A stretch of 64,000 bases of DNA from Amphiscolops sp. MND2022. Its lineage: Eukaryota. A model generated the notes under the pieces. It had not been told where the DNA came from. It saw only the letters and a list, made by a program, of their open reading frames with translations, and made no database searches. The position numbers and the translations under genes are program-made. The stretch lies in contig OZ076419.1 in assembly GCA_964187785.1 (NCBI GenBank), positions 39,556,001 through 39,620,000 of the forward strand, written 5' to 3'. Shown here in pieces: positions 26,940 to 39,100 of this stretch (its first letter is position 1; every line of letters starts with the position of its first letter).

Positions 26940-28200
26940 CAAAAGTAAAGAGAATAGCTCAGCACTGGCGGGATTAAACATTGACTGGAACGACCCTCAT
27001 AAGAAACCGGGAGGTGAATGGAAAAAGTGGACTTGATTGATTTTCCGTCGCAATGACAGCTAAATACTCCATCTCTACAACAGAAGTTTTACGCCGCGTG
27101 GAAAATAAAACTGATCGAAACAAGGCGCTACTGAACAACCTGGATCATGCACTAGCCGAAAGAAAGCGTGTGAGGGTCTTATTTTTTTTGCTAGGTGCAG
27201 CAGCACGAAAAAAATTCATGAACTGTAAAAACCGCCGAGATTTCACTTGAAGATCTATTTAAAAACTGCAAGGAAACATTCGACAAAAACGGAACAGAAA
27301 TCTTGATAGTTTCTGGTTTCTATCACGAAAGCAGATGCAAGTATTATCCTTAGAAGAATTCTAGAATTCTGTCATTCACTAAACGGACTCGGCGCGGAAT
27401 GCGATTTTGGCACGCATGCAGAAACCTTAGTACACCATATTTGGACTCTAAATATGAAAATCTAATGGTACACTAAAAATTATACAATGACCCATTGCAA
27501 CTACACAGGTGAGATATTAGCATTTGCTACAACAATCGAAGAAGGGCCAATTCGCCAAAAATTGTACGGGGAAAGAAATATGACAATAAAAAGTGAACCA
27601 ATGTGGGCAATTAACAAAAAGAAAAACTGTTTACGAAGCGGTATGGAGAATTTCACAATGGAACTTTTAAAAACATGCCGAGCGAAAAAGAAACAAGGCA
27701 ACAAATGAGGAATACTTTGGCCAATAATGTAGAAAATCCAAAGAAACAAACATAACAAACATCAGCAGCGGCAGATCCACTGAATAGAAGCAGACGATGA
27801 ACCAGGCAACACGTACGAAGAAGAACACGAACACTACGTGTTGGGCAATGAGGGAAGTGGATCATCCCCAGTTATGGTGAAAGGAAAATAGAAGAGGGAA
27901 GTTCTGTCTAATGATAGATTCAGAATCACTCGTGACCATTATTGAGTACGTCGAACTCAAAATTATTCCACAGTACGACGTGTTATTTGTTCGGCCGCTG
28001 TCGACCGACGAAAAATACGGTTATTTCAACAAACAACCTGTCAAATTACTGGGATTTACCTTCTGCGAACTGGAAGTTGGCAACAAGTATGATCAAAAGG
28101 CGTGAATGCCAGTGGCAAAAGCCGCAACAAAATCTATCATCGGAGGAGATTGGCCCAGTTACCTAGAATATTCAATCGAACTCAAAAGAAAGGGTAAGTT
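26940..28200 (+). mobile_element. Gypsy gag-protease remnant
   Basis: Gag-like PGGEWKKW and VLFFLLGAAARKKF, then protease-like MIDSESLVTII...KLLGF...LEVG (ORF 27911-28105). Confidence 0.6.
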
Positions 28201-28568
28201 GAATCATTCTGTGAATATCAGAGATAAAGAAAACTACACACCACCATGAAATCTATCCGATGACCAATTGTCATCTTTAGCACGTTTTGTCCCGGACTTT
28301 TTATGAAAATGTTCCATTTTCTGATCTCAACTCTGTTTCGATTGGCGTAATAGTCACAATTTGGACGCTGAGTTTGTCTGACATTCGTGTTGTTTGCTAC
28401 AGTCCGATGGGCAATATACCAATTGAATTTGTTTTGGTTGTCGTTTTTGTACCTTTGGAGCGTCTCTTTTCATCTGTGTGTCAAATTTTTTTTCTTTTTC
28501 CGGCTCCATAGCTTTTCACTAATAGTTCTCTATCAGGTTGGAATTGACAGTTTGTGCCATCTGTAGTG

Positions 28569-29216
28569 TTTTTAGTCGGCGCATTTTAGTAGAAAATGTG
28601 CCCGACTCTTACAGTGGGTAGTTTTTTTTAGACACGAAAGTTCCACTTTTCTTTCTGTGTCTTTTCTTTTTGTTCTTTGTTCAGTTCATTTCTTCAACAA
28701 CTTGGCGAACCTAAGAAGCGCGTCCAAAACGAAAAAGAAAACAAAACAAACAGAACCTCGACAACACACTAGCGATCTCCCCTAAGCCCCCCCCCCTCAC
28801 TTTTTTTCGGCACTTTGCGACTTTTTTTGAAACTTTTTGGATTGCACCAAAGGGTCCCCCTTTATTTGTTTCGATATTTTAAAACACAATGGATGTCAGA
28901 AAATTCCAAAGGGTCCCCCCTTTTACATTTTTCGGTACTGTGACACTGTTCAAAAATCACATTTTAAATTTTTTTTGGGCAATTTTTTCAGTCCTTAAAG
29001 GGTCCCCCTTCAATTTTTTTCATATTTTGCAACCAGCTGGAGTTTCACAAAGCCCAAAGGGTCCCCCCTTTTACATTTTTCGACTCTGTGACACTGTTCA
29101 ATTCATTTTTTTTTCATATTTTGCCACCAGCTGGAGTTTCACAAAACCCAAAGGGTCCCCCCTTTTACAATTTTAGCCTTAGATATAGCGCCGACTTTGG
29201 CCGTTCCCGGCTTGTT
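28569..29216 (+). mobile_element. DINE-1/HINE-like non-autonomous element, copy 3
   Basis: T-run plus AGTCGGCGC (28574-28582), partial inverted repeat GCCCGACT (~28600-28607), AAAGGGTCCCCC tandem units, GCGCCGACT (29188-29196), hairpin GCCG-TTCC-CGGC, end TTGTT. Confidence 0.75.
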
Positions 29217-30629
29217 TTTATTCTCGTGCAGGTTTTTTAAAGAAGCCAAGTTTTTCATTAAGTTGACTGCGCCTTGAAGTATTTCTAGAGAGGGGTACTC
29301 TAGAGAAAAAGTAAGTAGTTCACTTTAGTGTCTACTTTTACATACTAACAGTACTCTCAAAGTACAAAACATAGAAGTTAATAAAGTATACAGTTAAAAT
29401 AGCAATTGTATGATTTTCGTTTTTCAATAGTTTTAATTGGAAGTGCTGCTGCTCTTATCTATACGTCAACTTCAGCTCAAAGTCATCTAGAAGCGGAGAG
29501 ATTGAGAACATTGGAAACTTCTCCTAAATTCTGTTGTGGAAAATTTAGCAAAGCATGACGATTCGCTTTGTAGCTTTTAGCAGGCGTGTTTGGAAAGAGG
29601 GAAACGACTACAGCAGTGGTGTTTTTCAAGAACAGAAAACTGACAGATTTCTGTAGGCAAGTTTTCATATCAAAGCAACTACTAAGTAGTAGCTTTGTAA
29701 TGTCTAACTGGTAATTGGCCTAGCGATTGGCGCAGAGTTGTGACAAGCAGGAGTAAACTAACATGGGTTTCAGTCTCGCACAAAACCGATGTCCACTCAC
29801 TCGAACGGCAGCTCAAAAGAAAAAAAATCTTTTAAAGTGAATTCAACTAATCAACAAGTGTTTATTTCAACAATCTTTGATGAATTATTTTTAAAAGCTT
29901 TTCTTGCCGAGACATTTCCCTGTGCTTAGCGAGCCTAATATTTTAGAGCTGATGAAAGAAGCCGAAAACGACAGAGCCCGCAAAAGAAGATCCGTCGAAG
30001 ACTTGCATGCACCGACAGAGTTTATCAATGATCAATATTTTGACCAAAGGTACTTGAACTGATTAGTAGAAAACATTCAGCAAATGTTGACAAACCAGCG
30101 AACACGCATTGAATGATGTTTCTTGTTTTATCCATCGGACGATAATTTCATGAAAAAGCACTCTGACAAAAACTGTAGCAAAAGTTCCAAAAGAAATTCC
30201 GGTCACGTGATTCTTGTGTTTTCAATCCTGTCTGCCACCAGAAAAAAGAACAGAAAAATGTGTGCTTCCTGACCTATCCTTAAAAAATAAGGTTTTCTCT
30301 ATGAACCAGAAATAAAGAAATCCCTGCAAAGACCTTGCAACATTGCTATTTTTATTACAATCCTTGAACGATTGTTCATGTGAACGTTTTACTTGCAAGA
30401 TCTTGCAAAGGAATATTCCTTTTTCAAAGATTCTGTACAAGGAATTCAACTTTCGCGAGATTTTTGCATACAAATTCTTGAATTTTCCGAAATTACTTTA
30501 TTGTTTCGGAAAATTTCGAAAGGTTGTGGTAACAATTTGGGTGGAAAATTTACTTCTCAACCAAGATTGAATGATCTATCTGTCAAAAACAGTATTCTAT
30601 TTTTTCTGACGTGACCTCTGACATGCCTT

Positions 30630-30716
30630 ATGACGTCATTCAGTATGTGATTCAATATGACGTCATTCAGTATGTGATTCAATGACGTCATCGAGTATGT
30701 GATTTAGTATGACGTC
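30630..30716. repeat. 25-27-bp tandem repeat carrying CRE-like palindromes TGACGTCA
   Basis: TGACGTCA at 30631, 30658 and 30683, and TGACGTCT at 30710; unit ATGACGTCATTCAGTATGTGATTCAAT. Confidence 0.75.
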
Positions 30717-30813
30717 TTCGTTCGATGGCAACGACTCTTCACTCAGATTTGGTGACAAACCTGACGCAGACTCAAAATTTGGCTATAAGCTTTCTGAGCA
30801 GGCAGTACAGGCT

Positions 30814-30909
30814 ATGAATTCCAGACTCGCCATGTTTTTCATCACTCTCCTGCTCTTCGCTGGGGCTTTTGTATGTACCATAATGGCGGCGGTTGCTACC
30901 TGCAAATGA
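30814..30909 (+). CDS. Possible small hydrophobic or signal-peptide-coding exon
   Basis: MNSRLAMFFITLLLFAGAF followed by a GTATGT donor-like site at 30871; TATAAG at 30784. Function unsupported. Confidence 0.3.
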   Translation: MNSRLAMFFITLLLFAGAFVCTIMAAVATCK

Positions 30910-31321
30910 ACAGATGATGCAGAATTGTGTAAAACTTCGATGATGCAGGCATGTTTTTGCGATGTTGCAGGCAAAAATCTTCAATGACACAGGGATGATT
31001 CTTCAATGACACTGAAATAACTTTTTGGTAATACCGACGTGTTCCGTCCACTGTTCGTTGTTCCATTAATTCTAGAAACTATTTCAAGCAGTCCGTAAAA
31101 CACTACATACTATCGATGAAGTTAAGTCTTAATTGACCGGAAATCCCAGAATATAAACAAAGAATGATTACTAAGCCGGTAACGGGAACAGAAAAATGGT
31201 CCGAGCTTCTTCTTGTGTTACTTTTGATGTAAAACGTAATAACTGTGTTCTTTTCACATGTATCTACACAACTACTCAGGAGTTAAGAAAAATAAGAAAC
31301 TTATCAATCTGAATCGTTAAC

Positions 31322-31397
31322 GCTTTTATGGTGCCCTAATATAAACTATCACGGACAACAAAAAATTTTGTAGTTTACATTAGGGCACCATAAAAGC
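31322..31397. repeat. Mini inverted repeat (27-bp arms, 22-bp spacer), MITE-like
   Basis: GCTTTTATGGTGCCCTAATATAAACTA vs TAGTTTACATTAGGGCACCATAAAAGC, 26/27 complementary. Confidence 0.75.
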
Positions 31398-31881
31398 ACT
31401 GTTTCACGTCAAAATGGACTGATTCAAAAGATTTGTAAAATAGATTCAAGGTTGAACTCCATAGCATTTCCACGGCTTTCAGAGCAACTTCTCCATATGA
31501 TTGGGAGAGATAATCTCAAGTTTCGTGTCTGAAAAGATATTATAGAATTTTGAAGTACGCCCAGTACACTTCAAACTCTAGAAGTAACTTGAGATATGCC
31601 ATGACGTATTGCTACGGATACTTGTTTCAATGACCACTTGTGTATTCGGTTTTCCTAAAGTTGCGTTCTGGAAAAATTAAACTTCAAAAACAACCTTTTC
31701 TCCAATCCAAAAACTCACAAACGTATCCCTATTTTATCTCGTCTTGATCTTTCAAACTTTTTGGCAAACTTATATTGAACTTGAAAAGTGATTAAACCTC
31801 GTAGTATTTGATTTAAATTATGTTCGATAGCTGATACTTTATCAGAGTTACTACACCAAATAACTGTGAGGGAAACATTAG

Positions 31882-32112
31882 TTTATTTCTTACACTATAT
31901 TGTATTTTCAATCAAATATGTAAGTAATCATAGGTGACATGTTGGTGCCAGATTACTTTCTGGCCAGAAAATTACGGAGGGTAAAAGTTCTAGTAAATTT
32001 ACTAGAACTGTTACCCTCCGTAATTTTCTGGCCAGAAAGTAATCTGGCACCAAAATGTCACCTATGATTACATACATATTTGATTGAAAAATACAATAGT
32101 GTAAGAAATAAA
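31882..32112. repeat. 231-bp spacer-less near-perfect palindrome
   Basis: Centre AGTTCTAGTAAA|TTTACTAGAACT at 31997/31998. Arms of 116 and 115 bp differ by 3 substitutions and 2 small indels. Confidence 0.9.
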
Positions 32113-32641
32113 TTGAGCCCTTATTTGTAAGAAAAGAATTGGACCAAAACAAAACTAAGCTCTGATTTCTTCTATCATCCATTTTATTTGAAAATAAATT
32201 ACCCTGGTTGGAACTGCTTGAACTTTTTACATGTTTTTGTAGGCTACCAAGCTGATGTTCCATGATTTTATAAAACCCTCAAAGAAATGTCCATGCATTA
32301 AATCTTCACTCACTCGATTTAATTTTATCAAGCTGCCTATAAAATGCATCTTAAATTTGGCGGCAATTCTGCGCCGCTACGTTTTGCAAGTTTCTTAAAG
32401 CCGCCGTTCTAATTTTGAAAGCAGCTGAGACCTTAATCAATTTTACCGCGCTTTCAATGCAGACAAATTTCAGTCACATTATAAGTTTCAAAGCAGCGTC
32501 ATATTCAGCGTGCTATTTGGCTAACGGTGATTACATAAGGTACTTACATGAGAAACTTACGCGTGAAAACAAAGTGATCGCTGCGGTGAAGAAGTGGAAA
32601 TGTTTTCAGTTTTATTCAAATAGTGGAAGCTGCATTGTAAT

Positions 32642-34633
32642 TGTTACGACTATTTATCGGTGTTGTTTTAGAGTTAGTCGTATTATGAGTTTTGACGGGG
32701 GTGGACGTCCTTGCTACGGAGACGTTCTCTGTTTCAGAGTCAGAGTCTTGGGCATTAGCGAGAAAATTTTGTTTCTTGTTTAAAGGTGCTATCAGTTTAA
32801 GCATTTCCTTTTGATTTTCCGCAAGAATTTTAGCCAGATCAGACATAATCTCCTTTCTTAGCGATGTTTTTATTTCAGTCAAACTTTCTGGTTCTACCCT
32901 AGGAATCTTGCTAGAACTAGCTACAAGGGTCTCAGGCGGAATTTTAATTTACATTTATGTAAACTAACTAATTTACATATATGTATTACATATTTATACT
33001 TTCCCAGCATCATTTGTTCCTCACCTAAAAATTCCTAGGTATCATAAAAATCAGGTTTGTTCAACAAAAAGCGCTAATGATTCATATTATTTCAGTCCCG
33101 CGTCATAAAATCAGGCATCAAAATTCCTAGTTGCGTCAGCGTTCCGTAGAATTTTGTTGAAATCATTTTTGTTCAGGCGGTTCATTTCCTGTTTGTGCTT
33201 CAAAATTGCGGCAAAATAGAAGTCTAGTTGACATTTTCATCAGCGTAGGCACGCCGGCGTGATCAATTAGTCAGCAATCAAGTTGAGAAAATTGAAGTTC
33301 GAAGCAAAAGAATGACACTCGAAAATGGCGACGAAATCGAGACGGAATGAGTCAACTTGGAAGTGGAAGGAAAATATGGAAATTTGGTATAAAGGAACAA
33401 ACGATGCTGAAACAATAATCCCAATATCAAGCATATGAATTACCTGCTAATGGCATACTACATTATTTATACTGAACACAAATTAAGTCCAAACGGGACT
33501 TTAACGGGATACAACAACGATTATACTGCTGATTAGATGAGCGTAACATGTTCGTAATATCAAGCGGAAAGCAACTTCAACATTTTACATAAAAACCATG
33601 AAATTCATCAAAACATAATCAAAGTTTGGTCATTAGCCTGATTATTGCTATCATAAAATACAACTGTTATTATTGACTTGAAAATGAATTAGCGTTGACC
33701 TTACGTCTTACATTAGGATTACCATCAAGATATTCCAAGTGCTTAAGCAAATCAAGTAGATTTGTTCTATTAAGGAAGTACTAAAGCAAAGCATAATGTC
33801 AACGCGATCAAGTGATTTACCATGACGATACAAATCCAGAACATAAAAATACCATTGCAATTTCTATCATCCTTCCTTACAGCACAGTTTTCCTTATATG
33901 AGAATCATAACTCTTAAGTCTTTCAAATGCATCGATTTAAAAGGCATTCGTTTGGATTTCGTTTGAAGCAGTGTTTCTCATTTGCGTTTCTACAATTCGC
34001 TCCGTAGGCGCTACGTATTAAGATTATCTATAGCTGAACAGCGGAATACAATTTTACAATCCGTTCCGTAAGTGCTCCGTACGTATTAAGGTTGCTTATA
34101 GTTGAGCAGCAGTAGCAAGCGGAGTGAAAACGGAAAGCGTAGGCGATTTCATTCTCTTTCTTAGCTAGTAAGCGTTGCTAGGGGCAACCACGCTTAATTC
34201 TACTGGTATCGACTCGGATAATTCCGCCAGAAAGCGACGCTATTGGTCCGTAAAAATAGAAACGTCCGTCACTTGCCTAGTTGAGTGACGCTGTCATAAC
34301 GTTGTAAACATTTACTTAAAAACACTTGACTGCGGTTTTAAGTGGATATTTAACAACTGCTTTAATATTGGAATACATTTCCACTCTATTTTTGTATGTT
34401 CTGACATTTTAGATCTTATGGACTCCGTTGGGATCTCGGAGTTAAATGTCGTTTCTGTGTTTTTATTTTAGTGTGGAGTGTTAAAAATGATCCCGTTTGC
34501 AAAATTATTTAGTATTTAGATTGGAATGGAAAACTCAGAAGATAAAACGGGAAATAAAACGGTGTTGCGTGTGAAAACATTAGACCGGAAGTTTTAGCTA
34601 GCTTAAAATCATTTCTGAAGATCTTCCGTAACA
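32642..34633 (-). repeat. Element A 3' LTR (~2.0 kb; lacks 213 bp present in the 5' LTR)
   Basis: Ends TGTTACG...CGTAACA (7-bp inverted repeat) and is near-identical to 46664-48804. The equivalent of 46963-47175 is replaced by a 20-bp filler. The upper boundary is inferred from the terminal IR only; no clear PPT is adjacent. Confidence 0.75.
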
Positions 34634-34722
34634 TTTACGTTGAATTCCGTATTTGGAAAATTATTTGCGCTTATTTTAACTGTACTGTAGGTAGAATTTT
34701 GATTTGATTAGTTTAACAAAGT

Positions 34723-35588
34723 TTAAAGGTATTTACTCTGCCCTTGTCCATGCCCTCTGCCAAATCCCGGTATTCCAGAGCAGCAAGTAAAATTTCGACC
34801 GGGAGCGGGTCGTGACAGGGCCCCTCTTGAAGCAAGAGACAAGGGTAGACCGTGGCAATGCGGGATTTCTTTTTTCACCACGATTGAAGGGCGGCTGATG
34901 TATTTTCGTACTTGGTGTGGGCCACGTCCTCTTCCCGCTTTCATGTATTCAATTTTCTTCTCCTCTTCTTCTAAATCGAGTACCATTTTCTCCAGATATT
35001 GCATTTCTTCAGGAGAAATCTCGGGCGGCTTGCTTTTTTCGTTCAGGTCATTCAGGGGGCTATCGGGACAGCGGTTTTCTTTCGGTAGAGAAGCTACTCT
35101 CGGTGCGTTCCTACCACGGCCCATAGCTGCAAAGTAATTGCGATCTTCTATATCTAGGTTGTATGTAGCTTCCAGTTCCATTACTGATGGCGCGTTTTTG
35201 TTCCCCGGCTTGATTGTCTCCGGTGCCCTCTCATTCCCTAGCTGAGGGATGTTGAATTTCTCTTTTAGAGGCATTGTATGTTTCAACGAGGAGGCCTGGC
35301 ATATCGGTGAGTCTGGCTCCTCATAGTAGCTGTCGGAGTCCGAAATTGAGCCTCTTGCGGGGGGCAGGTTAAACGAAACTTTAGCGAGCTTTTTCTTTTT
35401 GGGAGTAGGTTCCGTTTTCTTTACGTCGCAGTCTGTTTCAAAAGTTGAATCCAGTTGGATAGCCAAGCTTCTAGTGATGAGTCGCTTATGTTCAATTTTC
35501 CGACCATATTCACGGTCACTGACTTAATTGGTGTGCTGGTCATTCCTTCATCCGATGAGATGTCAATGACTAAGGAGTAGCCGTTCAT
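34723..35588 (-). pseudogene. Element A sense accessory ORF (disordered, ~290 aa, one frameshift near 35525)
   Basis: ATG at 35588 gives MNGYSLVIDISSDEGMTSTPIK. A frameshift leads into (V)SDREYGRKIEHKRLITRSLAIQLD..., which is ORF 34723-35466 (basic PKKKK, RGRG motifs). Confidence 0.55.
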
Positions 35589-35589
35589 T

Positions 35590-36190
35590 TTCGTAATCGT
35601 GCCAGGAGAATTTCTTAAGAGTACTTCTTGTTGATGACAGATCGCGCGTTGAGATTATTCAGAGTTTTAAGCTGGTCAAGCTGCAGTTTTGGACGACAAA
35701 TGAACGTTTTTTAGTTTTTCACCTTCGCAATTTCCGTTGCAATCCTATTGGTCGGTTTTTCCGCTTTCGTTTCGGTGCGACTTAAGTCGGGAAAGGAAAG
35801 CTTGTTGACTGCGTTGTGATTGGTCGAAACTTGTAGGAAAAAGTTTCGAATTTTACGTTCCGTTTCTTTCTCGGTCGATAACGTCATGACGTCATTGATT
35901 TCTTCTCGAATATTCTACGTTCATATTCCGTAATTTCCAAAATGGCATCTTTCTTCAGAACTTCTTGGTGATTTTGTTCACCTGTAGGATATTTTGGAGA
36001 CGTTTTGTTTCCACCAATGCCATAATAGGCTTTCACTGAAGTTGAAGATTTGATGATTTTCCTGGTTACGTAGGGATAACGTTGCTAATTTTCTTTTAGG
36101 CTGTCTACTTTTACTCGACGTGATTTCTATTTTGTTGATTTCTTTTTCCTTTTTAGATTTCGTTGACAGTCGCTGTTGTCACTTTTGATC
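35590..36190. promoter_or_regulatory. Putative bidirectional promoter between the two element-A cargo genes
   Basis: About 600 bp between divergent ATGs, containing ATTGG (CCAAT) boxes near 35748 and 35819, TGACGTCA at 35887-35894, and splice-acceptor-like tracts before the 36191 ATG. Confidence 0.4.
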
Positions 36191-39100
36191 ATGAGTGAAG
36201 ACGCTGTTCCTCCTGTTGTCTCCGGTTTTCTCAGTGGGCATGAGACTAACTTCTGCTTCACTGAAGACGACGCTTATCCTTTGGAAACGGAAGTTGTAGT
36301 TACTTCTTCAGGTTGGTAAAATCTTTCTGACTTCCTGGGCAATAGGACTACTGTTATTTTGGTGATCAGCCTTTTATAGTCTTACCCGTAACTCTGACGC
36401 GTCTGAACCAGATCATGATTTTCAGTAACTCAACCTGGAACTTCCTTGGCTGTTGTTTCCGCTACCACCACGGGTGGGACCTCTGCTACCCCCATGGGGT
36501 TATCTTTGCTGGGTTCTTCTTTGAAGCTGCCTCCAGTGGCCTCAGTGTTGGCTCCTGAGCAGTCTATCAATGATGCTTTGACAACGTTGCTTCCTGCTAA
36601 TCCTACTACTGCGTCTTCAGTAGTTCCGGGCGTTGATGTTTCTTCTGCGGTTCCTCCTGATTTGTCCGAAGTAGTTCCGGGCGATTTTGATGTCAGTGTG
36701 GAGCCTCATGGAGGTGAGGCTGCTACCACCTCCACAGGAGAAGAAAATGCTGTAGAAGAGGAGAATACGCCAAGTTGTAAGTTGTGTGTTTGCATGATTG
36801 TTTCCGTTTGTTGTTGTTGTTGTTGTTTTTTTTTCTTTGCCAACTTGTTGGTTTCTGTTTTCCATTTCTTATCACGCTTGTGTTGTAGGTTCGAAAGTGT
36901 TTCCATTCCGGAGGACGAGCGTGAAGTTCATGGAATTGTCTCCGAAATTGAAAAAGACAGCACGGGCCCCAGATCTTGATGCTACTATGAGCGGTTGGAG
37001 TGGGGCAGAAGACGTATCATTTTCGGCAACTCCTGTGTCACCCGAAATGATGCAGCTGGGTCGTCAGTTGGCTTCGACGGTAGAAGAGCGTACTGTTCGG
37101 CAGATACAGACAGGTGTGTTGTTTGTTTGTGATTGGCCTCCTGTTGATGGAGTGTAGTACGTTGTGGCAACGTTGGTTTTGGGTGTTACGTTTGTTTGAT
37201 TGGTTTGTGTGTATTATAGGCTTTAGCGAGCTTGTTGAGAAAGTGGAGAGTCACTTTGAGCGCCCGAAGACGAAGAAGTATAGCAGTCGGAAATTGTTGC
37301 ATCGTCGGATGCTAGCCCTGAATCCGTTGTTTGCTGATTTCGTGACGGGTTCGGAGTGTGGAAGTGCGAAGCTCTTCTATTGTCGTATTTGTAGAAGAGA
37401 CGTGAAGATGGGCTCAAAAGGGGCAGCTGAGTTTGTTCGTCATTTCGAGTCGAGGAAGCATTGGGAGCAGGACGTCACGTATCGTGTGCACATGGGTCTC
37501 CCTGTGTACAACAAGCTAATGGAGCCCATGGAGCTGAGTGCCCGACAGAGGGACGACTTCCTTTCGCGGCCCTTCGTGGATTTGGGCGGGGAGTTTCCTT
37601 TCCCTGAGGACATGTTCCCCAAACATTCAAAAGCTTCTTCGAAGGTGCCACTGATGACTCTCGTTTCGAGCTTGAGTGATGTGTTACGCAGTGGTGGAGA
37701 TTTCACGTTGGTCCGTCGCCTGCGGGGCTACTTCCTTGCGTCTCTGGGCGGTCGGGATCCGGAATTCACCTTGCAGTGGAGTCGTTCAGAGACTGTGGTT
37801 AGTACTTTTGTGTAGTTAGTACATTTGGTGAGTGGTGTTCTGTTATGCCGCATTTGCTCCTTTTATTGTAAGCTGCTAGGTGGCCGTAAAAGTGTACTGT
37901 GGTGCGATTTCGCTCTCCGTTGTTTGTTTTCTCTTCCTTCTTCTTTTTCATTTGAGTGTTTGTTTTAGTCCGTGTTGTGTCAAGGCCTTGTTCCCCGCGT
38001 GATGCGCGTGATGTTCAAGAATATTGGGCAATTTCGGGAGTAAGCTCTGCAATACGAGAAGAGTACGGAGGTGGAGCGTTGTTTCGTTCTCTTCTGGGAG
38101 GACAATTATTTGAAAAAGGTATGTGTTGATTGTGAGTCGCTGCTGCAGCGTGTGCCAAAACCGGAGTTGCTGCCCTTGGCACGAGTCGTCTGTAGTTTAT
38201 CGCCTGGGAAGTTGCCTTTGGCTATAGTCGGTGGAAGTCCGTCCTTAGTCCGTGTCTTGGGTGACACTCGAGCTGACAGTCGTGTCTTTGTGTCTTACCA
38301 GCCCTTCACTAGTGAGATGTTGATTCGTTGTATCCGGCAAGCCTATCAGGACGTGTTCAGTATGATGGAGGTGACTTCCCTGGTGGATTATACTGTGTTA
38401 CGCTTGAAGACTGCCATTTACGAGGACTGGATGGAGGAGAGAGTCATATTGTGTAAAAGTGTTCGTCAGGGCCACGTGGAATTCGCTGATTTGCGGGAAG
38501 TACTGTCAGATCTGATCGAGTTATGGCCTTCAATACGTCCATTTGTTCGATGTACTGGTAACCCTGAGGCTAAGGACAAGGCTGAACGGGTGAGTGAAAA
38601 TGGTTCTTTCGGTCCGTTGTAATTGCGGTGTTACGTATTGTTGTATCCTGTTGTGTATATTTTAGCTACAGGGGATTGATTGGTTACTAACTGCCGATAA
38701 TATGATAACGTATCGGTTCAGTCTGCTGAAAGTAATCCTTGATACTTGTGAGTGTTCTCTCTTGAGTTGATGGATTGTTTCTTGATTGTTGTTGACTGCG
38801 TATTTATTCGTATCATTGGCTGTGCCTTTCTGTCTTCCTCTTTTTTTTTGTGTATTGGAGTAGGGTTGTTCTTCTGTTGTATACGAATCATGGTGTGTGT
38901 TTTAGTCCACAACAATTTCCCCAAATTGCGACAGGGTCAGGCAGATTATGCTTTCCGTGCTCATGGCGAGTTTTGTAACTTTGTGTATTGCCTGCTCTTG
39001 AAAACTCGCAGCACCAGTGGTCTTCCTGAAATTCATGCTTGGGAGTCTTACATGGATGTCGTGAAAGTCCGAGATTTCGCTGTTGTTCCGTGCGATTCCT

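Noticed and set aside
33320-33440. Small plus-strand ORF MATKSRRNESTWKWKENMEIW... inside both A LTRs
   Set aside because: Under 40 aa; its presence in both LTRs is explained by LTR identity.
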